Below are positions 12,707 through 22,983 of a stretch of DNA of 64,000 nt, piece by piece. Every line of letters begins with the position of its first letter. The stretch's first letter is position 1. Below the pieces are notes generated by a model, which searched no databases, was not told the DNA's origin, and worked only from the letters and a program-made list of their open reading frames with translations. The position numbers and the translations under genes were made by a program. This DNA comes from Gammaproteobacteria bacterium (GTDB lineage: Bacteria; Pseudomonadota; Gammaproteobacteria; JBCCGL01), in NCBI GenBank assembly GCA_965277715.1, contig OZ255836.1, forward strand, positions 3,552,001 through 3,616,000, given 5' to 3'.

Positions 12707-14260
12707 ATGATTAGCCGGTTATCATTTCTTAGTGGCTATCCTCGATACTTGCCTGGTTATTTACATATACTGGCGCTGTTAGCAGGAGGCGCACTGCCCT
12801 TTGCATTTGCCCCATTTGAATGGCGATGGCTTGCGTTTGTATCGTTGGCAATGCTCTTTTTCTTGTGGTCTCAAGGAAGTGTGCGAGTGGTTGTATTACG
12901 CAGCTTTCTATTCGGTATAGGCATGTTTGCTGTAGGCGTTTATTGGGTGTACTACAGTCTTCATCTGTTTGGTGATGCAATTGCACCATTGGCATTGATC
13001 ATTACCGTTGGTTTTATTGGCTTATTTGCACTGTTTATTGCGTTGTCCGGTTGGTTGGTGGCGCGTTTTTTCCCATCGCCGACGTCAACCCGTGGGCGTG
13101 TCGTATGGTTTGTGACTGTCGCACCTGCAGTGTGGGCTTTGTGCGAGATCTTTCGTGGATGGTTTCTAACAGGATTTCCCTGGCTTTCAGTAGGTTATTC
13201 TCAAATCGATACTCCACTTGTAGGATATGCACCTATACTAGGTGTATATGGTGTCAGCTGGTTGGCGGCAATTTGTGCTGGTCTAACGTATTTATCCATC
13301 GCTGAAAGATACAAAGTGAAACTATTAGCCCTGTGTGTAGTTGTACTCATAGGTTTTGGTGGTTTTCTTCTTGGTAAAGTAGAATGGTCTGAGCCCCATG
13401 GTGACCCGATAAAAATCAGGTTGGTGCAAGGTAACATTGAGCAACATCATAAATTTATGGCTGATTTGCTTACCCCTTCGATTGAAATGTACAAACGGTT
13501 GAGTGAAACGTCTGAAGATATTGACCTAATTGTTTGGCCCGAATCGGCTATACCGACGTTTTTTTTTCGTATTGATAAATCGCTACGTGATTTTACTGTG
13601 CAAAAAAGTGCTGAAGGGACACAAGTGCTGACGGGTGGGTTTGTCTTTGACCGGGAAAAAGAGGTTTACTATAACAGCCTGCGTATGCTTGATGATCCAG
13701 ATGCTTACTACCACAAAAAACACCTGGTGCCATTCGGTGAATTTATACCGTTTCGATCAGCATTGGCCTTCTTGTCAAAATATATTGCTATTCCGATGTC
13801 AGACCTATCACCAGGTACTGATGGTGGGAAAGGACTTGTTGTCAATGGGCAGGTTATTGGTGCCTCTATTTGCTATGAAGATGCCTTCGGCGAAGAGATT
13901 ATCCGGCAGTTGCCTGAAGCCAATCTATTACTTAATGTCAGTAACGATAGTTGGTTTGGTGATTCCTCTGCCCCTTATCAACATCTGGAGATTGCTAAAA
14001 TGCGAGCGGTGGAAACGGCCCGTCCAATGGTGCGCGTAACAAATACAGGCGTATCGGCAGTTATTGATTATCGTGGTAGAATTCACAGTTTGCTTGGGGT
14101 CTCTCAGTCAATCGCAGTTAATGTATCTATTCAACCACGAATGGGTGCTACTTTGTACGTTAAAAATGGGAATCTTAATGTGCTGATTTTGGTGTTTTTT
14201 GTGCTTATTATTGGATGTTGGTTTTGTCGAACAAACATAAGGGCTAATTTATGGCTTTAA
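12707..14260 (+). CDS. lnt: Apolipoprotein N-acyltransferase
   Basis: TGFPW, VQGNI, WPESA, KKHLVPFGE, ICYED, SNDSWFG. Confidence 0.95.
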   Translation: MISRLSFLSGYPRYLPGYLHILALLAGGALPFAFAPFEWRWLAFVSLAMLFFLWSQGSVRVVVLRSFLFGIGMFAVGVYWVYYSLHLFGDAIAPLALIITVGFIGLFALFIALSGWLVARFFPSPTSTRGRVVWFVTVAPAVWALCEIFRGWFLTGFPWLSVGYSQIDTPLVGYAPILGVYGVSWLAAICAGLTYLSIAERYKVKLLALCVVVLIGFGGFLLGKVEWSEPHGDPIKIRLVQGNIEQHHKFMADLLTPSIEMYKRLSETSEDIDLIVWPESAIPTFFFRIDKSLRDFTVQKSAEGTQVLTGGFVFDREKEVYYNSLRMLDDPDAYYHKKHLVPFGEFIPFRSALAFLSKYIAIPMSDLSPGTDGGKGLVVNGQVIGASICYEDAFGEEIIRQLPEANLLLNVSNDSWFGDSSAPYQHLEIAKMRAVETARPMVRVTNTGVSAVIDYRGRIHSLLGVSQSIAVNVSIQPRMGATLYVKNGNLNVLILVFFVLIIGCWFCRTNIRANLWL

Positions 14261-15276
14261 CTGCAGAAATATATTTAGCAGTTCTTCTTGCAGGTTTGGG
14301 GAGCTTTGTTGCTATTCAATTGCTTAGGCCTCTCGCGAATAAAGTTGGTTTGGTGGACTTGCCCGGTGACAGAAAATCTCATGTGGGGCAGGTGCCTCTC
14401 GTTGGAGGTGTTGCTGTATATGCTAGTTTAGTGCTGTCATTGGTGGTGTTTTCTGAACTTGATACGAAACTATTTTTTTTGTTTTCTACTGGGATCATTA
14501 TACTTTTCACAGGTATGGTTGATGATTATCGAGAGCTAGGTGCAAAGCTCCGAATCTGTATACAAATCGCAGTTACTTTCATAATGATCGAAGGTTCTGG
14601 TGTTTATCTGCACTCGCTTGGCGATTTGCTCGGCTTTGGTGATATTGTTTTGGATACTATTTGGGGAAAGTGTTTTACTGTCTTTGCTGTTGTAGGGGTT
14701 GTCAATGCATTTAATATGATGGATGGAGTGGATGGCTTGGCGGGTTGTTTGGCATTAGTTGTCGTATTGGGTGTAGTTATTAGTGAATATTTGTCCGGGC
14801 AGTATTTTTATTCTGGTCTTTTAGCTATTTTTTCGGCTGCAATGATTCCCTATTTAATGATTAACCTATCGGTTTTATCGAAACAAAAAGTCTTTTTAGG
14901 TGATGCGGGGAGTTGTTTTATTGGTTATTTGTTAGCCTGGGTGTTGATTGATATATCGCAGGGAGAAAATTCCGTTATTAATCCAGCCAATGCATTATGG
15001 CTAGTGGCTGTTCCTTTGTTGGATATCACTGCAGTAATGATTAGACGTATAGGTCGAAAACAGTCTCCCTTTCAAGCAGATCGTAGCCACCTACACCATT
15101 TATTACAAGATAAGGAGGTATCTTCGTCTAAAATTCTGGGTATAATTTTAATGTTCGCCCTAATAGCTATTCTACCGGGGATATTGATACCTGTTTCAAG
15201 CATTGCTTTCGGGCTGTTTAGTGTATTTATGATTGCGTATACCGTTTCGGTTTTTCGATTATCGGATACAAGCTAA
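14251..15276 (+). CDS. wecA: Undecaprenyl-phosphate GlcNAc-1-P transferase (MraY/WecA family)
   Basis: GLVDLPGDRKSH..VPLVGG, DD motif, NAFNMMDGVDGL, VFLGDAGS, ADRSHLHH. Confidence 0.88.
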   Translation: MALTAEIYLAVLLAGLGSFVAIQLLRPLANKVGLVDLPGDRKSHVGQVPLVGGVAVYASLVLSLVVFSELDTKLFFLFSTGIIILFTGMVDDYRELGAKLRICIQIAVTFIMIEGSGVYLHSLGDLLGFGDIVLDTIWGKCFTVFAVVGVVNAFNMMDGVDGLAGCLALVVVLGVVISEYLSGQYFYSGLLAIFSAAMIPYLMINLSVLSKQKVFLGDAGSCFIGYLLAWVLIDISQGENSVINPANALWLVAVPLLDITAVMIRRIGRKQSPFQADRSHLHHLLQDKEVSSSKILGIILMFALIAILPGILIPVSSIAFGLFSVFMIAYTVSVFRLSDTS

Positions 15277-15341
15277 ATATATAATTACTTAAAGTGGTGG
15301 AGATTGAAATCTTAGCTGAAACCAAGGTGAGTGTATTATCT

Positions 15342-15842
15342 ATGAAAGGATGGTTTTTACTTCAAACAAAACCGAGGCAGGAACAGCGTGCCATTGCAAA
15401 TCTCGAGCGGCAAGGTGTTTGTACTCTATGCCCATATATAGGCGTAGAGAAACTGTATCGAGGTCGGCGAGTTATAGCTAGAGAGGTTTTGTTTCCTGGG
15501 TATTTGTTTATTAATCTTGAATATACTTCCTCGTCAATAACTGCAATTCGCTCGACCAGGGGGGTTACTCGATTTGTGGCGTTTTCTGGTGTTCCTGTCG
15601 AAGTGCCAATTCATCTAATTGAACAATTGCAGCAAACTGAAAGAAATCCAGTGTGCAACGTGATTCACTCTACATTGCCTCAGCCTGGTGATGTGTTAAA
15701 AGTATTGAAAGGTCCTTTTCAAGGCCTCAACGTTATATTTTTCCAACCTGATGGTGAGCAACGCGCTATTGTGCTTATCAATATTTTGGGCCAACAGAGT
15801 AAAGCTTCTTTTTCCTATACTAATTTGTGCAAGTCTGATTGA
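15342..15842 (+). CDS. rfaH: Transcription antiterminator RfaH (NusG paralogue)
   Basis: WFLLQTKPRQEQRA..NLERQG, LFPGYLF, IRSTRGV.RFV, KOW GPFQG; ATG 15342 preferred over upstream GTG. Confidence 0.9.
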   Translation: MKGWFLLQTKPRQEQRAIANLERQGVCTLCPYIGVEKLYRGRRVIAREVLFPGYLFINLEYTSSSITAIRSTRGVTRFVAFSGVPVEVPIHLIEQLQQTERNPVCNVIHSTLPQPGDVLKVLKGPFQGLNVIFFQPDGEQRAIVLINILGQQSKASFSYTNLCKSD

Positions 15843-15849
15843 GTTTTAT

Positions 15850-17024
15850 GGTTCTTTCCCGGTTGTGGGAGGCATAATATTTTATACCCTTTGCTATTTT
15901 GAGAGAACCCGGTGTTATCAAGCATTGAAGAACATCACAGTCAGCTCCTGGGTCTGATAGATGGCGGGTCAGTAACCTCAGTTGATTTAGACCCATCAGG
16001 GTTAAAAGTATATGCATTTCGTTGGTGTTTAGCGGTGATCAGAGTCCTTGCTCGCACGCATTCCTCGGGTAAGCTGCCCAGCACATGGTGTTAAAAGCAT
16101 GGTATTACCCTGGGCAAGCAAGAGCAGTCGTTTTACATTGTTATTTGAACTATTTTCCATCAGGGTGTTGCGAGTCTCAGGTAGTGTCGAAGAGGCGCGT
16201 AAGTTACTGGGGCTTAGCTGGAACGCGGTGGAAGCCATCAAAGTCCGAGCTGTCGAACGGGTTCTTTCGCGTCGGGAATTGATTACAATAGAGCACCTTG
16301 GTACTGATGAGAAGCCTCACCGTAAAGGGTATGACTATGTGACGCTCATCAATGATATTGACGCAGGGCGAGTATTGGATGGGGTGAGAGATCGCACGCA
16401 GGCAGCCTGTGAGGAGGCGTTAGAGGTTGCGCTGACGGATAGCTAGCGAGAACAGGTGAAAGCTGTCGCGATTGATATGTGGCCTGTGTTCATTAATGCT
16501 GTTGAGGTAAAACTCGCCGACAGTGCGTGCGATTGTTCACGACCGTTTTCACATTAGGTAACACCTCAATAAGGCGGTTGATCAGGTGCGTTGTGTTGAA
16601 CATAGAGCGCTTCTGTCAAAGGGTGATACCCGGTTGAAAAAGAGTCGTTATCACTGGCTAAAAAACGAAGAGAATTTATCTGATAAAGCAGCCAGGCATT
16701 TTGAATCACTGAAGAATGATCAGTTATTGACAGCGCGAGCCTGGGCGATAAAAGAACTGTTTCGTGATGTTTGGATGTATAAGACGGCGGGTTGGACAGT
16801 ATCAAGAAAGTGGCAAAGATGATAAAAGCTTATTTGCCGAACATATTGACCTGGTTTAAGCACACAATAAGCAATGCTGTATAGAGGGACTGAATTCAAA
16901 AATTCAGGCGGTCAAATCGAATGCAAGAGGGTTTCGTTCGTTTGAAAATTACCGGCGGAGTATTTTATTTTACTATGGAAAGCTGGATATGGAACCCGTG
17001 GCTTCACAATAATCGGGAAGAACC
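15850..17024 (+). mobile_element. ISL3-family element copy 1, degenerate transposase
   Basis: Ends GGTTCTTTCCCGGTT / AATCGGGAAGAACC; 8-bp target duplication AGTTTTAT at 15842-15849 and 17025-17032; broken LGTDEK, HDRFH motifs. Confidence 0.92.
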
Positions 17025-17045
17025 AGTTTTATGGTGGATTAAATG

Positions 17046-17074
17046 TTGCAACAAAGTTTGTTTATTAATACAAT
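17046..17074 (+). promoter_or_regulatory. sigma70 promoter of the polysaccharide operon
   Basis: TTGCAA-N17-TACAAT. Confidence 0.7.
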
Positions 17075-17090
17075 GTTCATATCGTGAACA
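17074..17090. promoter_or_regulatory. Palindromic operator over the predicted start site (candidate MarR site)
   Basis: TGTTCA-TATCG-TGAACA inverted repeat, 80 bp upstream of the MarR-family gene. Confidence 0.55.
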
Positions 17091-17114
17091 ATGTGGTATT
17101 TAGCGATCTTCTGT

Positions 17115-17147
17115 GAATTCTTGATGAAAGAGTTCTGCGGTAGCCTG
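17115..17147 (+). promoter_or_regulatory. ops element (RfaH recruitment) with preceding hairpin, JUMPStart-like
   Basis: TGCGGTAGCCTG at 17136-17147 vs consensus GGCGGTAGnnTG; hairpin GAATTCTT-GATGA-AAGAGTTC directly 5'; rfaH lies 1.3 kb upstream. Confidence 0.75.
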
Positions 17148-17169
17148 CCTGAAATAAATGTAAAAGACT

Positions 17170-17490
17170 ATGGATGTTTCGGATTTAGAGTATAAAGTTT
17201 TAAAAATTCTTGAGCATAACCCTCGTTTGACACAGCGTGATGTTGCCAAAGCATTGGGTCTTAGTTTGGGGAAAACACATTACTTGATACGTGCCCTGAT
17301 TGATAAAGGCTGGGTGAAGTTTAATAATTTTAGGTGCTCGACAAATAAAATAGGATACTCTTATCTGTTAACGCCGAAAGGAATGGTGGAAAAAACACGT
17401 TTGGCATGGAAGTTTTTAGCTCGAAAGCAGGAAGAGTACAATCAGTTGAAAATAGAAATTGAAGTGCTGCAAGGTGAACTTAAAAAATAG
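17170..17490 (+). CDS. MarR-family EPS-associated transcriptional regulator
   Basis: NPRLTQRDVAKALGLSLGKTHY, NKIGYSYLLTPKGMVEKTRL..FLARK..EY. Confidence 0.85.
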   Translation: MDVSDLEYKVLKILEHNPRLTQRDVAKALGLSLGKTHYLIRALIDKGWVKFNNFRCSTNKIGYSYLLTPKGMVEKTRLAWKFLARKQEEYNQLKIEIEVLQGELKK

Positions 17491-17727
17491 TTTAACTTAC
17501 CGTACATGTTTTTCTAGTATTTGTAAAAATAAATTCCATTTATGTCGGTATTTATGTGATAAATATTAATTGAAATAGTATTTTGATGGCTTAACTGAAA
17601 TTTTTTCAGTTTCTATAAATAAGTATGGTGCAGTATGTTTTTCGCTATAGATTAAGTACTTTATATAAATCGAATTTGAAATTTTGATAACTAAAAACCT
17701 GATTTGTTTTTTTGCTGTTTTTGAGAT

Positions 17728-17976
17728 TTGGCTGGTTTTAAATTGAACATATGTTCTGTGATATTGGCGGGTGGTTATGGTACGCGATTATGGCCACTTT
17801 CACGTGCTATGCGCCCCAAACAGTTTTTACCGTTAGTTGGTAGCGGCACCATGCTGCAAGCGACAATCAAGCGAACGTCAGCATTAGATATTCAATCGAC
17901 CCTCATTGTTTGCAATGAAGAGCATCGTTTTCTTGTGGCCGAACAGCTCTGTGGAATTGCTCAACCTGGATTTATT
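17728..17976 (+). pseudogene. manC: Mannose-1-phosphate guanylyltransferase, N-terminal ~83 codons only, cut by ISL3 copy 2
   Basis: VILAGGYGTRLWPLSR..RPKQFL, CNEEHRFLVAEQL then runs into the IS terminus; rest of gene not in window. Confidence 0.88.
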
Positions 17977-19056
17977 GGTTCTTCCCCGGTTTGTGTGAGG
18001 TTATAGTATTTCATCCCCCCTTTGCTATTGAGAGACTCCGGTGCTATCGAGCCTTGAAGAACACTACAGCCAGCTCCTGGGTCTGACAGATGACTGGTCA
18101 GTGGTGTCAGTTGATTTAGACCCTTCAGGGTTAAAAGTATCCATTTCGTTGGCGTTTAGCGGCAACCACGGCCCTTGCTCGCACTGTGGAGGGGCTTAGC
18201 TGGAACGCAGTGGAAGCCATCAAAGCCCGCGCTGTCGAACGGGGACTTTCGCGTCGGGAATTGGTGACAATTGAGTACCTGGGTATTGATGAGAAGTCCC
18301 ACCGTAAAGGGCATGACTATGTGACGCTCATCAATGATATCGATGGAGGGCGAGTATTGGATGGAGTGAAAGATCGCACCCAGGCAGCCTGCGAGGAGGC
18401 GTTGGAGGTTGCGCTGACGGATAACCAGCGAGAACAGGTGAAAGCTGTCGCGATTGATAGGTGGCCTGCGTTCATTAATGCCGTTGAGGTAAAACTGTCA
18501 GACAGTGCGATTGTTCACGACCGTTTTCCTATTAGCCAACACCTGAATAAGGCGGTGGATCAGGTCCGTCGTGACGAACATAGAGACCTTTTGTCACAGG
18601 GCGATATCCGGTTGAAAAAGAGTTGTTATCACTGGTTAAAAAACGAAGAAAATTTGTCTAACAAAGCAGCCGAGCGCTTTGAGTCACTCAAGCATGATCA
18701 GTTATTGACAGCCCGAGCTTGGGCGATAAAAGAACTGTTTCGTGATTTTTGGACGTATAAGACAGCGGGTTGGGCAAAGCGTTTCTTTGACGAGTGGTAT
18801 TCATGGGCAATTCGGTGCCGATTGGACAGCATAAAGAAAGTGGCCAAGATGATAAAAACGCACATGCCGAACATATTGACATGGTTTAAGCACACAATAA
18901 GTAATGCCGTGTCAGAGGGTTTGAATTCAAAAATTCAAACAGTCAAATCGAATGCAAGAGGGTTTCGTTCGTTTGAAAGTTACCGGTGGAGTATTTTGTT
19001 TTACTGCGGAAAGCTTGATAGGGAACCGGTGGCTTCACAATAACCGGGGAAGAACC
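17977..19056 (+). mobile_element. ISL3-family element copy 2, internal 5' deletion
   Basis: Perfect 15-bp IR GGTTCTTCCCCGGTT; transposase C-part 18186-19043 (LGIDEK, IVHDRF, SNAVSEGLNSKIQ..K.NARGFRSF); no target duplication. Confidence 0.93.
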
Positions 19057-19221
19057 TTTTTGTTCAAGGGTTTATGGTGAATTCATTGTAACAAAATAAT
19101 CGAATATTCAGGCCTCTTTATTTCTTCTTAACCGGGCAGCAGTGAGATGAAAGAAAAATTTTTGTTGGGAATAATCAAATTTATATTACGAAAAAAATTC
19201 GATATCTATACACTTCTTTGA

Positions 19222-20583
19222 ATGAAATTTGAACTAGTGCAAAATCTCATTGTGAATGTTAAGTATTTTTACCGTAACCAATTTGGTCGTACAGTTGTAG
19301 CCAACTACGTGGCTGCAGTAACAGGGATTCTTGCACCCCTTATAGCTTTGCCTTGGTATCTCTCTACTTTGGGTAGCGTGCAATGGGGATTAGTCAGTTT
19401 TATAGCAGTTTTACAGGCAATGTTAAGCCTATTGGATGCTGGTTTATCTCAAGCTTTAGTTAAAAAATTTTCAGAATACCGAACAGAAATTAAAAAAAAT
19501 AAGAAGTTTTTAAATTTATTTTTTTCAATGGAAAGGCTAAGTTGGATTTTTTCTGGAGCTTTAGCTGTAATTGTGATTGTATTTTCTTCTGCTATATCTG
19601 AACTCTGGTTGCAAACACATGATGAAATTGTACCAAATGGGCAATTAACTATAATCGGTGCTGCGCTAATTTTTTTCTGGGTGAATGGCGGTTCTATATA
19701 CCGCTCTGTATTGATAGCTTCAGACTCGCAAATTGCGTTGAGTGTGCTGTCTTCTATAAGCATAATAGTAAGGCATGCAGCTACTGTAGTGGTTTTGCAA
19801 TTTCATCCATTTTTAATTGCTTATATTGCTACTCAAATTCTATTTTTAGCAGTAGAGGTAATGGTTCGAAAATTTATATCTTTTATATGTATTGGTAAAG
19901 ATAAAGGGCAATGGGATTTTGAATTAATTAAAGAACTTGGAACATATTTTGCTGGAATGATAGGAGCCACGCTTGTCGGGGTTTTAACTGTACAACTAGA
20001 TAAGTTGATGGTAAGTAAATTTCTTTCTGTTGAAAAGCTAGGATATTATTCTATAGCATCTGTAATTGGTTTAGGAGTTTTACAATTAGTTTACCCCATG
20101 ATGTACGCAAATTTACCAAAATTATCTGTTTGTAAGAAAAAAAGCAAAGTTCGATCTCTTATTAATTTAAAAACATTTGTTTTTTTTATTGTAGTAATTT
20201 TTTTTTCATGGTTTTTATACATAAAATTTGGCAAACATATTTTAATATTTTGGATAGGTAACATTGGTACTGTAGATATTATCTATCCAGTTGTAACTGT
20301 TTTATTAATCGGCAGTACTATTAATGCATTTTGGTGTATAGGGCAAATTAATCTTATCGCAGATGGGGACTATCCCCAAATCGCTAGAATAAATTTTCTA
20401 ATTCTTGGGGTTGTCTGTGTTGTGATGCCTATTACTATTAATAGTTTTGGAATGATTGGTGCTGCATACTCATGGGTACTTTTAAATTTAATAGGGTTTT
20501 TTATTACTTGCTCTTGGGTTGTTAATCTGATTGAAATATTTTTTCTGAAATTCTATAAAAATAGTTTTTTAACAAGAAATTAA
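19222..20583 (+). CDS. wzx: Polysaccharide flippase (Wzx family)
   Basis: Multi-TM, very AT-rich; LDAGLS, QLDKLMVSKFLSVEKLGYYSIA, FGMIGAA motifs. Confidence 0.8.
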   Translation: MKFELVQNLIVNVKYFYRNQFGRTVVANYVAAVTGILAPLIALPWYLSTLGSVQWGLVSFIAVLQAMLSLLDAGLSQALVKKFSEYRTEIKKNKKFLNLFFSMERLSWIFSGALAVIVIVFSSAISELWLQTHDEIVPNGQLTIIGAALIFFWVNGGSIYRSVLIASDSQIALSVLSSISIIVRHAATVVVLQFHPFLIAYIATQILFLAVEVMVRKFISFICIGKDKGQWDFELIKELGTYFAGMIGATLVGVLTVQLDKLMVSKFLSVEKLGYYSIASVIGLGVLQLVYPMMYANLPKLSVCKKKSKVRSLINLKTFVFFIVVIFFSWFLYIKFGKHILIFWIGNIGTVDIIYPVVTVLLIGSTINAFWCIGQINLIADGDYPQIARINFLILGVVCVVMPITINSFGMIGAAYSWVLLNLIGFFITCSWVVNLIEIFFLKFYKNSFLTRN

Positions 20584-20615
20584 AAAAATTATGAAAAATA
20601 TTTTCGATAAAGCTA

Positions 20616-20988
20616 AGGCCTGTTGACGTTTGGCTATAAATTTTTGAAACAAAAGGCAAACTCGTATCATTAGATGTGAGAAAAACAACAAATACGAGTT
20701 TGCCATGCCCCGATTATTGCTCAACGATGAGTATTGGTCGAAGCTACGGAGTATCATGCTTAAAGAAGGCATTTATGACAAGCCGAAGTTAAGGTTAGTC
20801 GTTGAAGGAATTCGTTATCGATTGCGTGTGGGGTGTCCGTGGCGAGATTTACCGGTGTCATTTGGTGACTGGAATAGCGTTTATAAACGCGTCAATGACT
20901 GGTCATCGAAAGACAAGTTAATGAACATTTTCCATGCGCTTGTCGAAGAACCCGATCAAGAATGGGCGTTTATTGATGGAAGTATTGT
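20616..20988 (+). mobile_element. IS5-family (IS427-like, TA target) left half, truncated by ISL3 copy 3
   Basis: TA + IR AGGCCTGTTGACGTTT; ORF from 20705 MPRLLLNDEYW...GCPWRDLP..FGDWNSVYKR...FIDGSIV. Confidence 0.85.
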
Positions 20989-22211
20989 GGTTCCTCCCCG
21001 GTTTGTGTGAGGTTATAGTATTTCCTCCCCCTTTGCTATTGAGAGACTCCGGTGCTATCGAGCCTTGAAGAACACTACAGCCAGCTCCTGGGCCTGACAG
21101 ATGACTGGTCAGTGACATCAGTTGATTTAGACCCTTCAGGGTTAAAAGTATCCATTTCGTTGGCGTTTAGCGGCAACCACGACCCTTGCTCGCACTGTGG
21201 CGAAGTGAGTCCGTTCTATGATCACCGTTCACAAGAGCGATCCTGGAGACACCTGGATACTATGCAGTTTGAAACGTGCCTACACAGTCGCATTCCCCAG
21301 GGTGTTGCAAGCCTCACGTAGCGTCGAAGAGGCGCGTAAGTTACTGAGGCTTAGCTGGAACGCAGTGGAAGCCATCAAAGCCCGCGCTGTCGAGCGGGGA
21401 CTTTCGCGTCGGGAATCGGTGACAATTGAGTACCTGGGTATTGATGAGAAGTCCCACCGTAAAGGGCATGACTATGTGACGCTCATCAATGATATCGATG
21501 GAGGGCGAGTATTGGATGGAGTGAAAGATCGTACCCAGGCAGCTTGTGAGGAGGCGTTGGAGGTTGTGCTGACGGATAACCAGCGAGAACAGGTGAAAGC
21601 TGTCGCGATTGATAGGTGGCCTGCGTTCATTAATGCCGTTGAGGTAAAACTGTCAGACAGTGCGATTGTTCACGACCGTTTTCCTATTAGCCAACACCTG
21701 AATAAGGCGGTGGATCAGGTCCGTCGTGATGAACATAGAGACCTTTTGTCACAGGGCGATACCCGGTTGAAAAAGAGTCGTTATCACTGGTTAAAAAACG
21801 AAGAAAATTTGTCTGACAAAGCAGCCGAGCACTTTGAATCACTCAAGCATGATCAGTTATTGACAGCCCGAGCCTGGGCGATAAAAGAACTGTTTCGTGA
21901 TTTCTGGATGTATAAGACAGCGGGTTGGGCAAAGCGTTTCTTTAGCGCATGGTATGCGTGGGCAATTCGGTGCCGATTGGACAGCATAAAAAAAGTGGCC
22001 AAGATGATAAAAACGCACATGCCGAACATATTGACATGGTTTAAGCATACAATAAGTAATGCCGTATCAGAGGGTTTGAATTCAAAAATTCAGACAGTCA
22101 AATCGAATGCAAGAGGGTTTCGTTCGTTTGAAAGTTACCGGCGGAGTATTTTGTTTTACTGCGGAAAGCTGGATAGGGAACCGGTGGCTTCACAATAATC
22201 GGGGAAAAACC
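20989..22211 (+). mobile_element. ISL3-family element copy 3, ~96-bp deletion with frameshift
   Basis: Ends GGTTCCTCCCCGGTT / AATCGGGGAAAAACC; split ORFs 21052-21321 and 21218-22198; no target duplication. Confidence 0.93.
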
Positions 22212-22317
22212 TTTTTTTATAAGGTGCTAGTGAGAATTGAAGAAGTAATCGCCTGAAAAAGTTGTATTTTATACGCTGTAAGTTTTTATGTTAAGTGCGC
22301 CTATTTTTTTACCTTTT

Positions 22318-22945
22318 TTTATCTGCATATGATTGTGGATGTTTTTAGTCGAAAGATTGTTGGCTGGGCGGTGCATGATCGGGCGTGTGGTGAACGGGCT
22401 TCGGCGTTGGTGCGCCGTACCGTTATGGCAGAGAGAGATATAGGCGGCTCGCAGATACTTCATGCAGATAATGGGGCACTTCAGCGCTCTTCAACCTTGC
22501 GTGTGACACGGGAACGATTAGGTATAGAGTCGAACTATAGCCGTCCACGAGTGAGTTATGATAACGCGTATTCTGAGTTGTTGTTCCAAACGACAAAGTA
22601 CTGACCTGGTTACCCGGTTGACGGGTTTGCAGGTCTCGAACAGGCCTGGTACTGGGTATTGAGTTTTGTCCGCTGGTACAACACAGTGCGTCGTCATAGT
22701 GGAATTGAGTTTGTAACACCAGTGGAGCGGCATACGGGTGCTGATAATGAAATTTTAACGCGACGAAAGGCCGTTTATGAGAGAGCTAAAGCTCAACACC
22801 CAACCTGTTGGAATGGCAAAACCCGCGACTGGTCGAGACCCACTGTCGTTAAGTTAAACCCTGATAAACCGGTTCATAGTGGACTCTCTAAATTAGAGGT
22901 CGCTGCTGAGTAAAAACGCGCAACTACCTTGACGAATATTGCCGT
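22318..22945 (+). pseudogene. IS3-family transposase remnant (integrase core, internal stop; boundaries approximate)
   Basis: YLHMIVDVFSRKIVGW, LHADNG, SRPRVSYDNAYSE, KY*P, WYNTVRRHSGIEFVTP. Confidence 0.8.
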
Positions 22946-22983
22946 GGCTTCATAATAGTCGGCGAATAATCGAAAATTATAAT

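Noticed and set aside
20591-20615. MKNIFDKA start of a gene after wzx, cut by IS5
   Set aside because: Only 8 codons; plausible but unidentifiable.
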